From a virus (taxonomy: Duplodnaviria; Caudoviricetes), in the IMG/VR virus record IMGVR_UViG_3300010338_000575: a stretch of DNA of 64,000 nucleotides; one strand, given 5' to 3'. Under the pieces are notes generated by a model. That model was not told the DNA's origin. It searched no databases and saw nothing but the letters and a program-made list of their open reading frames with translations. Shown in pieces: positions 39,356-50,327 of this stretch. Positions within the stretch are counted from its first letter, which is position 1; the number at the start of each line of letters is the position of its first letter. Position numbers and translations under genes: made by a program.

Positions 39356-39613
39356 ATGGCTAAGATAAAAACAAATATTTTTGAGTTATTATTTAAACAA
39401 GTATTAATTGGTCAAAAAATATATATCGATGATAATACTTTAATAACGATTGATGATATTAATTATCAACCGTTAATTCAAGAAGTTTATATTAAAAGTG
39501 GTGATAATGGATATAGAATGTCAGTAAATTCTGAATATGAGTTTGAGTTATTGAATAATTTAGAGAATAAAATAATACCTAATAAAGGTAGAATTATACC
39601 AAAACAAGAATAA
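39356..39613 (+). CDS. Hypothetical protein
   Basis: 85-aa ORF in operon. Confidence 0.5.
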   Translation: MAKIKTNIFELLFKQVLIGQKIYIDDNTLITIDDINYQPLIQEVYIKSGDNGYRMSVNSEYEFELLNNLENKIIPNKGRIIPKQE

Positions 39614-39614
39614 T

Positions 39615-40010
39615 ATGGATGGTTTTTTAAAAATTGTGTTTGGTGAATTTACATTACTGGAAATATTAGGTTATTTTTGGTTTTTTATTATCGGTTATTT
39701 GATATATGGATTAACTGAAGTAAGTGGTCGTGATGTAAATAGTCCCAATACACCAAAGAAATTTTCGTGGAAATTTTGGTTTTATGATAATTGGCGAAGA
39801 TATTTAACAACGATATTATGCACTTATGTGTTTTTTAGATTTTATAATGAAATAAGTGGACATCCATTTAGTAATTTTGATGCCGTTATATTAGGTTTAA
39901 TTGGTGATGGTGTTGCTGCAAGGATAAAAGAAAGAGTAAAATTTTTGGGTAAGGAAAATAGAAAACAACTAACACAAAAAATAATGGAAGAGCAAGGAGA
40001 ATTAGGATAA
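39615..40010 (+). CDS. Membrane protein, possible holin
   Basis: Two to three hydrophobic segments and a charged C-terminus. Confidence 0.4.
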   Translation: MDGFLKIVFGEFTLLEILGYFWFFIIGYLIYGLTEVSGRDVNSPNTPKKFSWKFWFYDNWRRYLTTILCTYVFFRFYNEISGHPFSNFDAVILGLIGDGVAARIKERVKFLGKENRKQLTQKIMEEQGELG

Positions 40011-40420
40011 TGGATTATACAACATTTAATACAAAATTTTTTTATATTAAGAAGGATAGTACATATCCTGAATTAAAATATCCACTTACTCAACAATTAA
40101 GAGAATTGTACGGTATTACTGATGAAATGTTTGAAAATGTAGCAGTTACATTTTCGATGATAGATGCTGATAATGGTGTATATCGTATTGCAAACGTTGG
40201 TGCTGATTTAATTATCAATAATGATGTAGATAAATATCCTAATGAAGAAAGATATACGTTAGTATATAGGTTTAAATCAAAAGAAACATCTAAAAGCGGT
40301 AGTTATTACGGTGAATTTAAAATAAATTTCTTAGATAGTGATACTTGTATTACAATACCCAACAATAGATATATTAATATAACAATTCTCGATAGTATCA
40401 CAAAAACAACGGTAATTTAA
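40010..40420 (+). CDS. BppU-N-like Ig-fold structural protein
   Basis: FYIKK.ST.P.L...Y.F...T..G.Y.GEF.I pattern. Confidence 0.5.
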   Translation: MDYTTFNTKFFYIKKDSTYPELKYPLTQQLRELYGITDEMFENVAVTFSMIDADNGVYRIANVGADLIINNDVDKYPNEERYTLVYRFKSKETSKSGSYYGEFKINFLDSDTCITIPNNRYINITILDSITKTTVI

Positions 40421-40470
40421 TTGACAAATAAAAATGTTTTATATATATTTGCGAAATCAAAATATGATTT

Positions 40471-43290
40471 ATGCAAAATTTTGTGTTTGTGGTACGGTGT
40501 GAAAAAATTGGAAAGAAAGATGCTTATAGTGTTACTTTTTCATATAATGAACAATTGATAGAGCGAATAAAAAGTTTACCACAAGATACTCGAAAATGGA
40601 ATAATATTAATAAATGTTGGGAAATTACCACAAAATCATTATTTGAATTAATAAAGGGTTTTAAAGGTTCAAATAGAATATTATTTGATTTTGGTGGTGA
40701 TGCAGGTCGTGATTTATTTATACAAAACGTTAATAAAATAAAAATTAAAGAAGAAGAAAAACTTAAATTAATTTCGGAATTAAACGAAAAGAAAAAATAT
40801 TGGGTTAAATATAAGGAAGAGTTAGAGAATGAGTATGTTAAATACATTGAAAAATGTCATTCTAATTTAAAAGAAGGTGTTAAATTATATCCACATCAAA
40901 TAGTTTCATCGATGTTTATGGATATAACTCGTAATACACTTATTTCACATGAAATGGGATTGGGAAAAGCGGAAAGTCTTGATTCTAAACTACTTACGCC
41001 AAATGGTTGGATTAAAATGGGTGATGTTAAAATTAATGATTTTGTCATTGGTAGTGATGGTAAACCCAAAAAAGTGTTAGGCGTTTATCCACAAGGATTT
41101 AAAGATATGTATGAAGTTTGTTTTAGTGATGGAACATCTGTGGAATGCTGTGATGAACATCTTTGGAATGTAAATACTTATATTCGTAATTGGCGAAAAA
41201 AACCTTTCATGACAAAAACTCTTCGAGAAATAATGAATGAGGGATTACAATTTAAAAATGGTAATAATAAATGGTATATTCCAATTATTCAACCAGTTGA
41301 GTTTAAAGAAAATGATTTAAAAATTAATCCATATATTCTTGGGTGTTTATTGGGTGATGGTACAATTGATTTGAATAGTATTCAATTTACTACTGCAGAT
41401 ACTGAAATTATTGATATTTTATTAAAAAGACTAAATGAAAATATTATAATTTCAAAATTATTGGCGAAATATCAATATTCTTTAAAAAGAATTAACAATA
41501 AAATTCTTAATGTATATGTTAATGAATTAAAACAATTAAATTTATTGGGTACTAATTCATACACTAAATTTATACCTGATAGTTATAAGTTTTCATCAAT
41601 TGAGCAGAGATTAGAATTATTACAAGGTATTTTAGATACTGATGGTCATTCTCGAAAAGACGGTATTGTGGAATTAACATTGGCTTCTAAGCAATTAATT
41701 GAAGATGTGCAATTTATAGTAGAGTCTTTAGGTGGGGTAGGTAGATTACATGAAAAATGGATTAAATATAATGGTGAAAATAGATTATACTATCGTTTAA
41801 ACATTAAATTACCACCACATTTTATTCCATTTAAACTAAAAAGAAAAATTGAGACATTTGTTGCACCAACTAAATATTTACCTAATCGTGCAATTGTTGA
41901 TGTTAAATATGTGGGTAAAAAAGAAGCACAGTGTATTTTGATTGATTCAGAAGACCATTTATATGCTACTGACCATTGTATATTAACTCATAATACATTA
42001 AGTGCCATTACATTTGTTGAAATGAATGAATTTGAAAAAGTATTTGTTATAACACCCAATTCGTTAAAATTTAATTTTTATAATGAGGTTGGAAAATATA
42101 CCAATAGTTTAGCACATATTGTTGGTTGGAATAAGAATACTTGTTCAATAAAAGATGCAAAATATATTATAGTAAATTACGATTTTTTTAATCCAAGTAG
42201 TTATGAGAGATATAAACGGAAATGGGATAAATTAAATATAGATACCATTGATTGTTTAATTTGTGATGAATGTCAAAAATTGAAAAATAGTAGTACTAAT
42301 ATATATAAGAATTTTAAAAAAACGTTTAAGGGCGGGTTATTTAGAAATGGTAATGTTAGTAAAATTTTTTTATCAGGAACACCCGCACCTAATAGAGCAC
42401 ATGAATTATACACAGTATTGCATGAAATATCCCCATTAGATTTTCCAACAAAAAAACATTTTTATGAATATTATTGTGGTATGAAATACGATTTTGCTAA
42501 TGGTTGGGGGTATATTATTGATGAAATGGAACAAAGGTTTGAAGAGTTGTACCATAAAATTGCACCATATACACATAGAAAAAGAAAGATTGATGTATTA
42601 ATAGATTTACCAGATAAAATATACCAAAAAGTTATATTAGAATTAAATAATGATGAGCAGAAAATATATGATGATATTGAAGAAGGTGTTGCAAATGAAT
42701 TTACATCTAAAGAATTATATAATCCATTAACAATAATGCTTAAATTGAGACAATTTACATCATCGTTAAAGATTAAATCGATAGTTGATATTGTTGATGG
42801 TGTTTTAGAGACTGGTGAAAAAATTGTCATTGTTGATATGTTCAAAAATACACTTTATGATTTAAAAAAAATATTTGGCGAGATTGCCGTAATACATACT
42901 GGAGATCAAACGATTGAAGAACGTGCCTTATCTGTTCAAAATTTTCAAGATATAAATTCATCAGTAAAAATATTTCTCGGTTCAATACAAACGTGTAACT
43001 ATGGTTTGACATTAACGGCAGCAAATAAGTTATTTATATTAACACTACCATTTTCGGTTGGTGAATATGATCAGGTTAGCGACCGATTACATAGAATTGG
43101 TCAAAAGAGTGTTGTTAATATATACCCATTAATTTATAAAGATACTATTGATGAATATGTATATGATGTTATTGAATCAAAACGAAAGGAAATAACTAAA
43201 GTTATTGATAACGAAGATTATGAATCAAACATTAGTGAATCTGTCGTTAATGATGTTATTGAAAAGATAAAAAATAAACATAAAAAATAA
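40471..43290 (+). CDS. SNF2/HARP-like helicase containing an intein
   Basis: EMGLGK|T, DECQ, LSGTP..N, GLTLT and Q..DR.HRIGQ motifs. Confidence 0.9.
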   Translation: MQNFVFVVRCEKIGKKDAYSVTFSYNEQLIERIKSLPQDTRKWNNINKCWEITTKSLFELIKGFKGSNRILFDFGGDAGRDLFIQNVNKIKIKEEEKLKLISELNEKKKYWVKYKEELENEYVKYIEKCHSNLKEGVKLYPHQIVSSMFMDITRNTLISHEMGLGKAESLDSKLLTPNGWIKMGDVKINDFVIGSDGKPKKVLGVYPQGFKDMYEVCFSDGTSVECCDEHLWNVNTYIRNWRKKPFMTKTLREIMNEGLQFKNGNNKWYIPIIQPVEFKENDLKINPYILGCLLGDGTIDLNSIQFTTADTEIIDILLKRLNENIIISKLLAKYQYSLKRINNKILNVYVNELKQLNLLGTNSYTKFIPDSYKFSSIEQRLELLQGILDTDGHSRKDGIVELTLASKQLIEDVQFIVESLGGVGRLHEKWIKYNGENRLYYRLNIKLPPHFIPFKLKRKIETFVAPTKYLPNRAIVDVKYVGKKEAQCILIDSEDHLYATDHCILTHNTLSAITFVEMNEFEKVFVITPNSLKFNFYNEVGKYTNSLAHIVGWNKNTCSIKDAKYIIVNYDFFNPSSYERYKRKWDKLNIDTIDCLICDECQKLKNSSTNIYKNFKKTFKGGLFRNGNVSKIFLSGTPAPNRAHELYTVLHEISPLDFPTKKHFYEYYCGMKYDFANGWGYIIDEMEQRFEELYHKIAPYTHRKRKIDVLIDLPDKIYQKVILELNNDEQKIYDDIEEGVANEFTSKELYNPLTIMLKLRQFTSSLKIKSIVDIVDGVLETGEKIVIVDMFKNTLYDLKKIFGEIAVIHTGDQTIEERALSVQNFQDINSSVKIFLGSIQTCNYGLTLTAANKLFILTLPFSVGEYDQVSDRLHRIGQKSVVNIYPLIYKDTIDEYVYDVIESKRKEITKVIDNEDYESNISESVVNDVIEKIKNKHKK
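40969..41994 (+). mobile_element. Class 3 intein (342 aa) with LAGLIDADG homing endonuclease
   Basis: Inserted in Walker A (GK|T); starts with Ala and ends THN|T; LGCLLGDG and LQGILDTDG motifs; W-C-T triplet. Confidence 0.9.
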
Positions 43291-43300
43291 TACATATTTT

Positions 43301-43660
43301 ATGGGTAGTAAATATATTGCGAGAATTAATCCATTTTCAGATTTTATGTTGGAATCGATTGTTAGTGGTGTTGATATTTCAAAAAAAAAGCATTTTGTTG
43401 ATGTTTATAATGCTTGTGTTCTAATATTAGAAACAATATTAACAAATCCAAATGATATTAAATATCTTGATTTTGAAATTAAGGGGAATAATGGATATAT
43501 AAGATTAGTCGCCAATAATTTAATAACTGCATTATGGTTATCAGGTGTTTTTCCAAACGATGTTGATTTATTGGTAAATCGTAATGTTTTTAAAACGGAA
43601 GAGTATGTTTATCGTTATGATAAAAAAACAAAAAAATTGATTCGTAAAATAAATAAATAA
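43301..43660 (+). CDS. Hypothetical protein
   Basis: 119-aa ORF between the helicase and polymerase. Confidence 0.55.
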   Translation: MGSKYIARINPFSDFMLESIVSGVDISKKKHFVDVYNACVLILETILTNPNDIKYLDFEIKGNNGYIRLVANNLITALWLSGVFPNDVDLLVNRNVFKTEEYVYRYDKKTKKLIRKINK

Positions 43661-43664
43661 AAAT

Positions 43665-46600
43665 ATGGATAATAATACAACACTTAAAGAGATTAAACAA
43701 TTTCTTGATGGTCGCAATAATGACTATAAATATATCGTTAATGTTGAAACAAACCCAAATACCAATTATGCTGAATGTGTTGTACATGAGCCTGATAAAG
43801 AACCTAGAATTGAACGAATTCATTATGAGCCATTTTTATACATGAAAGATTTATCAAAGTATAATATTAAATTATATGATGATGTTTCTGATGAATACCA
43901 TGAAAGTAAAAAAATTAAATATGGAATTACTATAACTAAATTAGAAACTGGTAATCAAAAACGTCTCCTTGATGGATTTTGTTATAAAATAACAAGTAGC
44001 AGGTCATTTAATAGTATTATTGAATATTTAAAAGACGGGGGTATTGATCCGTATGAAAAATTATATGATAGTGATGGTAAATTAGTTAGAGATAATAAAA
44101 ATAATATTGCTTATAAAAATAAGCATTTGTTTTATTCAGTAAAAACAACAGAACAATTTTTAATATCAACTGGAATTAGATTATATAAAGGCATTGATGA
44201 TTATAAAAATATACATCGATTAATATTTGATATTGAAACAGAAGGTTTAAGGTATCAGATACATCGTATTTTATCAATTGGTATATATAGTAATAAAGGA
44301 TTTGAAACTATTTTAGATGTTGATAAGTTTGATGATGATGATGCTGAAATAAAATTAATTCAAGATTTTTTTAATCTCATAAATTATTTAAAACCTGCAA
44401 TTATTGCGGGTTTTAACTCTGAAATGTTTGACTTTGAATTTATTTTAGGTCGTGCTAAGTTATTAAGAATGGATTTATCACAAATACCCACATCGCTTAA
44501 ATTCGATATACCATTAAAAAGAGTACCAAATACATCAGTAAAATATGGTAGTACTACAGATAAGTATACGTGGACAAATATGTGGGGATATTCGGTAATT
44601 GATATTTTACATAGTGCAAAAAGAACAGCAGCAATAAATAGAGATATAAAAGAAACTGGCTTGAAGTACTTAGCAAAATTTGAAGGTGTTGCAAAGCCAA
44701 ATAGAACATATATTGATGGTGAAGATAATACGATTGGTAAATATTATAGAGAAAATAAAATTTTTCTTATAAATGATAAGAATGAGTATATACAAATACC
44801 AGACGAGTTTCAAACAATCGCACGTGAATTATATATTTTACAAGTGAACAAATCAAAATTATCTGATATTGAATATAATAAAAAAAAGATAAATATTTTA
44901 AATAAAAATAAAAATTTTGTTTATTGGTATAAGAATGAGGGGTTACCAAAAAATTTGAATAGATTTATTAGTGGTAAAAATTTAGTTAAACAATATCTAT
45001 TAGACGATTTATGGGAAACATATCAAATTGATGAATTGTATAATCAAACATCATTCATGCTTGCTAAAAATGTACCAACCACATATCAGCGTATTTGTAC
45101 TATGGGTACTGCGAGTATTTGGAACATATTATTAACTGCGTGGAGTTATGAAAATGATATTGCAATACCTGAATCAGATGAATATGAATTTTTTAGTGGT
45201 GGTTTATCAAGGTGTTTTAAAAAGGGTTATTCTAAAAGAATTATAAAAATCGATTACGCATCGCTATATCCAATGCTTCAACTTACATGGGATATTTTCC
45301 CTGATTTTGATATTACTGGTGTTATGAAAAAAATGTTGCTGTATTTTATAACAACACGTAATATATATAAACATATTGCAAGTAATAGTAATCTTAGTGA
45401 TGAAGAAGTTGGTTTATTAGAACAAATTGATCATGATTTTTTTGAAAAAATTATTAATAATAACATACAGACAGATGATGTTTTAAAGGCTAAAATAAAA
45501 CAATTACCTATAAAAATTTTGAATAATTCGTTATTCGGTGCATTAGGTTCTAACATTTCATTTAACTGGTCTGATAATAATTGTGCTGCACGAATTACAT
45601 CATGTGGTCGTTTATCATTAAGACATGCAATTAGTTGGTTTAAAAAATATAATTGCCAACCATTATTAGCGGTTACTGATGGTATTAATTTTCAAATACC
45701 AGATACAACAACAATTCGTGTTAGTGATGATAATGTTTATTATAATCAACCTGAAGATTTAATTGAAAATATGTGGCAATATCGTGGATTTACGGGTATT
45801 GATGCATTAATTGAAAAATTTAATGCTGAGGAAATGATACCGCCATATATGAAAGTTGATAATGATGGGTATAGTATATCTTGTTTAAATTTATCTCGTA
45901 TTAACTATGCAACATTAGTGGAAGTTAAAGATAAAAAAACTGGACAATTAAAAGAAAAAATTAAATTAACTGGCAATACTATTAAATCGAATGTGATGCC
46001 CGAATATATCGAAGAATTTATTGACAAGGCTTTGGATTTAATATTACACGGTAAGGGTGAAGAATTTGTTAAATATTATTACGATTATGTTGATGATATT
46101 CGATATATGCAAATACCACTACACAAAATTGCAAGTAAAAGTAGGGTGAAAACAACAATTAAGGGGTATCTAAATAGGGGTATGGATAAGAATGGTAGAG
46201 ATAAAGGTAAACAAGCCCATATGGAATTGATTATTGAACAAAGAAAAATGATTGCCGAAAAATTATTTGAAGAACATATTACTGAATTTGCAGATAATGT
46301 TGTGAATGATAATATTACTATTGAAGAAAAAATGAAATTAGTTTCGAATTATATGCCACCAGAACCAGAATTAGATAGTTATGTTTATTATGTTAATTGT
46401 GGTTATAATAAATCGCATGGGGATTCAAGTATTATTGTTGATAAAAAAACGGGTAAAAAGAGATTTGCTGCAGTTTTAGTTGATTTAAATAATCCTGAAA
46501 ACAACCCCAAAGAATATAATTATGTAAAATACTTGGATGCTTTTAATAAAAGGGTTAAAACATTATTAGTTGGTTTTGAATCAGATGTTGCTGATAGAAT

Positions 46601-47315
46601 TTTAGTTAAAATTAATAGAAATGGTGATTTAATAAAATCAGAATTTAATCCATTAAAAAATGAATTAGAATTGAAATCATTTGATTTAGATGATTTTGAA
46701 GAATCTTTGTATTTGGAAAAATCTGAGGTTGATTTTTGGAATAAAACTGGATATGATCCAAGAAAGGTGTGGAATGGTTTTAAAATGTTTGATGATTATA
46801 AAGTGCATTATGAAATTTATGAAAATGCGTTGAATTATTTAAATGAAAAAATGAAAAAAGCAAACAAGAATTTAATTAAATCTATTAATGATAATTATAA
46901 TATTGGTGATTATGTTTTGGTGAAAAATGGTAAACAATATAATATTGCAAAGTATAATGGGATTTATTTACAAACAATTAGATATGATGTTGAAGTACCT
47001 AAAAGTCAAATTGAAATTGAATTAGATAAAAGATATGAAGAAAATAAAAAACCAATCGATAATTTAAAAGAAAGTGAACTTGATAAAACAGATAGAGAGT
47101 TATTTTTAGAAAAACAATTAAATAAAAGATTGGAATTATTCATGAAATTTAAACAAAAATATGGTATACCATTATCCGCTACAATGGAAACTGTATTTTC
47201 TCAAATAGAAAATTCTGAAATGGCATTCAATGATTTTGTTAATGAAAATAGTAATGATAATGAATTAGATGACGAATATATTGATGTGGATGATTATATT
47301 GATGACACGTATTAA
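43665..47315 (+). CDS. Family B DNA polymerase
   Basis: Exonuclease FDIET and FNSEMFD; polymerase DYASLYP, KILNNSLFG and VTDG motifs. Confidence 0.92.
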   Translation: MDNNTTLKEIKQFLDGRNNDYKYIVNVETNPNTNYAECVVHEPDKEPRIERIHYEPFLYMKDLSKYNIKLYDDVSDEYHESKKIKYGITITKLETGNQKRLLDGFCYKITSSRSFNSIIEYLKDGGIDPYEKLYDSDGKLVRDNKNNIAYKNKHLFYSVKTTEQFLISTGIRLYKGIDDYKNIHRLIFDIETEGLRYQIHRILSIGIYSNKGFETILDVDKFDDDDAEIKLIQDFFNLINYLKPAIIAGFNSEMFDFEFILGRAKLLRMDLSQIPTSLKFDIPLKRVPNTSVKYGSTTDKYTWTNMWGYSVIDILHSAKRTAAINRDIKETGLKYLAKFEGVAKPNRTYIDGEDNTIGKYYRENKIFLINDKNEYIQIPDEFQTIARELYILQVNKSKLSDIEYNKKKINILNKNKNFVYWYKNEGLPKNLNRFISGKNLVKQYLLDDLWETYQIDELYNQTSFMLAKNVPTTYQRICTMGTASIWNILLTAWSYENDIAIPESDEYEFFSGGLSRCFKKGYSKRIIKIDYASLYPMLQLTWDIFPDFDITGVMKKMLLYFITTRNIYKHIASNSNLSDEEVGLLEQIDHDFFEKIINNNIQTDDVLKAKIKQLPIKILNNSLFGALGSNISFNWSDNNCAARITSCGRLSLRHAISWFKKYNCQPLLAVTDGINFQIPDTTTIRVSDDNVYYNQPEDLIENMWQYRGFTGIDALIEKFNAEEMIPPYMKVDNDGYSISCLNLSRINYATLVEVKDKKTGQLKEKIKLTGNTIKSNVMPEYIEEFIDKALDLILHGKGEEFVKYYYDYVDDIRYMQIPLHKIASKSRVKTTIKGYLNRGMDKNGRDKGKQAHMELIIEQRKMIAEKLFEEHITEFADNVVNDNITIEEKMKLVSNYMPPEPELDSYVYYVNCGYNKSHGDSSIIVDKKTGKKRFAAVLVDLNNPENNPKEYNYVKYLDAFNKRVKTLLVGFESDVADRILVKINRNGDLIKSEFNPLKNELELKSFDLDDFEESLYLEKSEVDFWNKTGYDPRKVWNGFKMFDDYKVHYEIYENALNYLNEKMKKANKNLIKSINDNYNIGDYVLVKNGKQYNIAKYNGIYLQTIRYDVEVPKSQIEIELDKRYEENKKPIDNLKESELDKTDRELFLEKQLNKRLELFMKFKQKYGIPLSATMETVFSQIENSEMAFNDFVNENSNDNELDDEYIDVDDYIDDTY

Positions 47316-47349
47316 TTTTTTATAAGTATTTATATAAAATCGTAATGTT

Positions 47350-47982
47350 ATGAAAATAAAAAAGAAAGAATTATTCGAAATTATTGATGGTGATGGTGAA
47401 TTAATTGGTGCAGATAAAATACCTCAAAATGGTGTTGATTTGGATACTGCATCAAGTAGAACCACTGATTATAATGCAAATGTTGGTAATCAGCCATATC
47501 GTTATGATATGTTAGGTAGATTTGGTTTTACATTAATGCCTTTCATGGAAGGTAAGGAAGATAATATAGAACAGAAGAATTTATTTAATGATGTTGCTAA
47601 ATTTCTATATGAAAAATATGTTGAAAATTTAAAATTTTATTATAAAAATCCAAATAAACTTAAATCTGATTATAGGAAATTATATAACATAAAATATGAA
47701 TCATTACCTGATGATTTAAAAGAAATACAATATAATAACGCTAAAAATTTGATGAAAATAGTTAATGAACATTTTGAAAAGGCAATTGATTCGATGCAAA
47801 ATGTTGATGAGAGTAGTATTATTGAAGATATTATATTTGAAGATAATTTTGAGGATGAGTTATCAAAAAAAATAGAAGGCAATGATGTTTTGGATAAAAA
47901 AATAAAAAAAATTGCTGATTTAATTAATAGGTTAGATATTGAAAATAGAGAAAAATTAATTAAATTATTAGAGAGAAAATGA
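47350..47982 (+). CDS. Hypothetical protein
   Basis: Preceded by GTATTTAT at 47326. Confidence 0.55.
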   Translation: MKIKKKELFEIIDGDGELIGADKIPQNGVDLDTASSRTTDYNANVGNQPYRYDMLGRFGFTLMPFMEGKEDNIEQKNLFNDVAKFLYEKYVENLKFYYKNPNKLKSDYRKLYNIKYESLPDDLKEIQYNNAKNLMKIVNEHFEKAIDSMQNVDESSIIEDIIFEDNFEDELSKKIEGNDVLDKKIKKIADLINRLDIENREKLIKLLERK

Positions 47983-47983
47983 T

Positions 47984-48766
47984 ATGAATTCAGAACTATA
48001 TAATAATAAATATAAAATACCAGAAAAAATATTAAAACATATTCAATTTACTTTAATAAGTAATCCATCTGGTGAGGGTGTCAAACGTGCTAAATTTATT
48101 TTAAAAAACGGTTATTTAACATATCAAGAATTAAAAAGATTAAAAAATTATTTTGATTACTTTGATAAAAGTAAAGATAATATTATTCAATATAATCTTG
48201 CTGGTGGTGATTTGATGCGTTCTTTTATCGAGAGTACTTTGAATTCAGAAAGAGTTTCAGTTAAAAGAAGTCGTGAAATTAAAAGAGACATAACAACAAA
48301 TGTGAATTCTGAATTAAATCCATATAAAACACCAAGAATAAATCATGTTGAATTAAATGAAAATAAAGAAGAATTGAAAAAAAATGCTGTTGCAATTATT
48401 GTGAACAAGGATAATAAAATATTACTCTTAAAAAGATCGTTAAATCCCAATCAATGGATGCCCGGTAAATGGGCGTTAGTTGGTGGTGGTATTGAAAAGG
48501 GCGAAACACCTGAAGTGGCAATTAAACGTGAAATTGGTGAAGAAATTGGAATAAATGTTAATGATTTAACTTTTGTATTTAGTATACAACGTTTTAATGA
48601 TAGTATTGAATATTTGTTTGGTGGAAAATATGGTGGTGATCCTTTAAATATCACATTAAATGATGAACACACTAATTTTGGGTGGTTTGATATATCGGAA
48701 ATTAATTATTTAGATACAGTTCCACATTTAATTGAATACGTAACAATTGCATTTAAAAAGTATTAG
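47984..48766 (+). CDS. Nudix hydrolase with an extra N-terminal domain
   Basis: Nudix box GGGIEKGETPEVAIKREIGEEIG. Confidence 0.85.
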   Translation: MNSELYNNKYKIPEKILKHIQFTLISNPSGEGVKRAKFILKNGYLTYQELKRLKNYFDYFDKSKDNIIQYNLAGGDLMRSFIESTLNSERVSVKRSREIKRDITTNVNSELNPYKTPRINHVELNENKEELKKNAVAIIVNKDNKILLLKRSLNPNQWMPGKWALVGGGIEKGETPEVAIKREIGEEIGINVNDLTFVFSIQRFNDSIEYLFGGKYGGDPLNITLNDEHTNFGWFDISEINYLDTVPHLIEYVTIAFKKY

Positions 48767-48809
48767 TATTTATATAAAATAACTATAAAATAATAAAAAT
48801 AAAAATATT

Positions 48810-49061
48810 ATGGCAACATATTGTTTATTGGATGATAGTGAAAAATATCGTATTTGTAACTTGAATAGAAACGAATCATTATACACAGAAAATTGTTCGT
48901 ATGGTGACACACATTCACGTGCACTTTCTGATGGTGATTATTATGGTAGGGGATTGTATAATGAAAGTATCGGCACGTCTCTTGATATTGAAAAAAGAAA
49001 TAATTTAATGAATAAAAATGATTTTAATAAGAATTGTGATTACGGTGTTAGTAATTGCTAA
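48810..49061 (+). CDS. Small hypothetical protein
   Basis: H..ALSDGD..GRG block; preceded by GTATTTAT at 48766. Confidence 0.5.
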   Translation: MATYCLLDDSEKYRICNLNRNESLYTENCSYGDTHSRALSDGDYYGRGLYNESIGTSLDIEKRNNLMNKNDFNKNCDYGVSNC

Positions 49062-50260
49062 TATTTAGAGTTTTAATGGAAGGTAAATTATTTTTTAATT
49101 ATTTAAAAAAATTTAGACATCTGCTTAATGAAGGTGTTGCTGAAAATAGTATTATTGATGCAATTAATAATCATGAGTGGATATATTTATATTATGTTGG
49201 TGATGATAAAATCGCTAGAGGATATAGGGTTGTAAGACCATATGTTCTTGGTACTGATAAAAGAACAGGTAAACGTGTTTTAAGGGCGTGGCAAGATAAT
49301 CCGATGAATAGTTGGCATTTTGATAATAGACCAACACGTAAAGATAGTTTAAAACATGATTATTGGGTTGATAATGAGGGTACAAAACCCGGTTGGAGAT
49401 TATTTCGTGTGGATAGAATTAGTAGAATATATCCAACTGGTAAAAAATTTGTTGATAGTAATGGTTTGGTTATGATACCTGCTGGTTATCATGAGGGTGG
49501 TGATGATGATATGAGTAGTATTGATGTTTATGTGTCGACAAAGAATGAACCCAATTTTGATTATAAATATGATGTTGACTACTATAATGCTACTTCTACA
49601 ACACAACCATCAGATATTGAAAGAGAGAAATGGCAAAGTATTCAAAGGGGTAATAAATATAGAAAACAAATTACAAGTACTGATATATCAACATTAGTAA
49701 ATCTAGCCAACAGATTTTATAAGAAAAAGAAAAGCAATTTTATTGTTGTGATTGATAGTAAGAACAATTATCAATTAGTAACACAAAAACAAATAGATTT
49801 TGCAAAGAAAAAATATGGTATTGATATACCTGATTATGCCATCGTTGGTAATTTATCTGATTTATATAATAAATATATTGAAAGAAATATTAAACAACAA
49901 ATAAGTGAAGAATTGTTACGTGATAATCGTTTTATTGCCAAGAAAAATGTATTTGAATTTTGGGTTGGAAATGATTTGTTTTTTAAGTTAAAATATAATA
50001 TTGAGTCACCAAATGAATTATTCAATGAAAAATACGTTTCAATATACGATTTAGTGGCATTTGAATCATTTGGTTGTGAGGGTTATGCTAGTAAATTGTT
50101 GGATAATATTTTTGATTATGTAAAGAAAAATTTAGGTATTAATATAATAACGTTAATTGTTTATAAAAATAATTATGATGCAATTAGTTTATATTTAAAA
50201 AAGGGATTTATTTTAATATCTGAATTTGATGATAATTATTCAATGGTAAAATTTTTATAA
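49055..50260 (+). CDS. WYL-like domain fused to a GNAT-like acetyltransferase
   Basis: R.VRPY.LG..LRAW..WRLFRVDRI; C-terminal GYASKLL..N..AI.LY.K.GF. Confidence 0.6.
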   Translation: MLIFRVLMEGKLFFNYLKKFRHLLNEGVAENSIIDAINNHEWIYLYYVGDDKIARGYRVVRPYVLGTDKRTGKRVLRAWQDNPMNSWHFDNRPTRKDSLKHDYWVDNEGTKPGWRLFRVDRISRIYPTGKKFVDSNGLVMIPAGYHEGGDDDMSSIDVYVSTKNEPNFDYKYDVDYYNATSTTQPSDIEREKWQSIQRGNKYRKQITSTDISTLVNLANRFYKKKKSNFIVVIDSKNNYQLVTQKQIDFAKKKYGIDIPDYAIVGNLSDLYNKYIERNIKQQISEELLRDNRFIAKKNVFEFWVGNDLFFKLKYNIESPNELFNEKYVSIYDLVAFESFGCEGYASKLLDNIFDYVKKNLGINIITLIVYKNNYDAISLYLKKGFILISEFDDNYSMVKFL

Positions 50261-50327
50261 CATAAAGACTTTTTTATTTTTTATCAGTATTTATAATAAA
50301 TAATAAAATTTTATATTTTTTTATACT

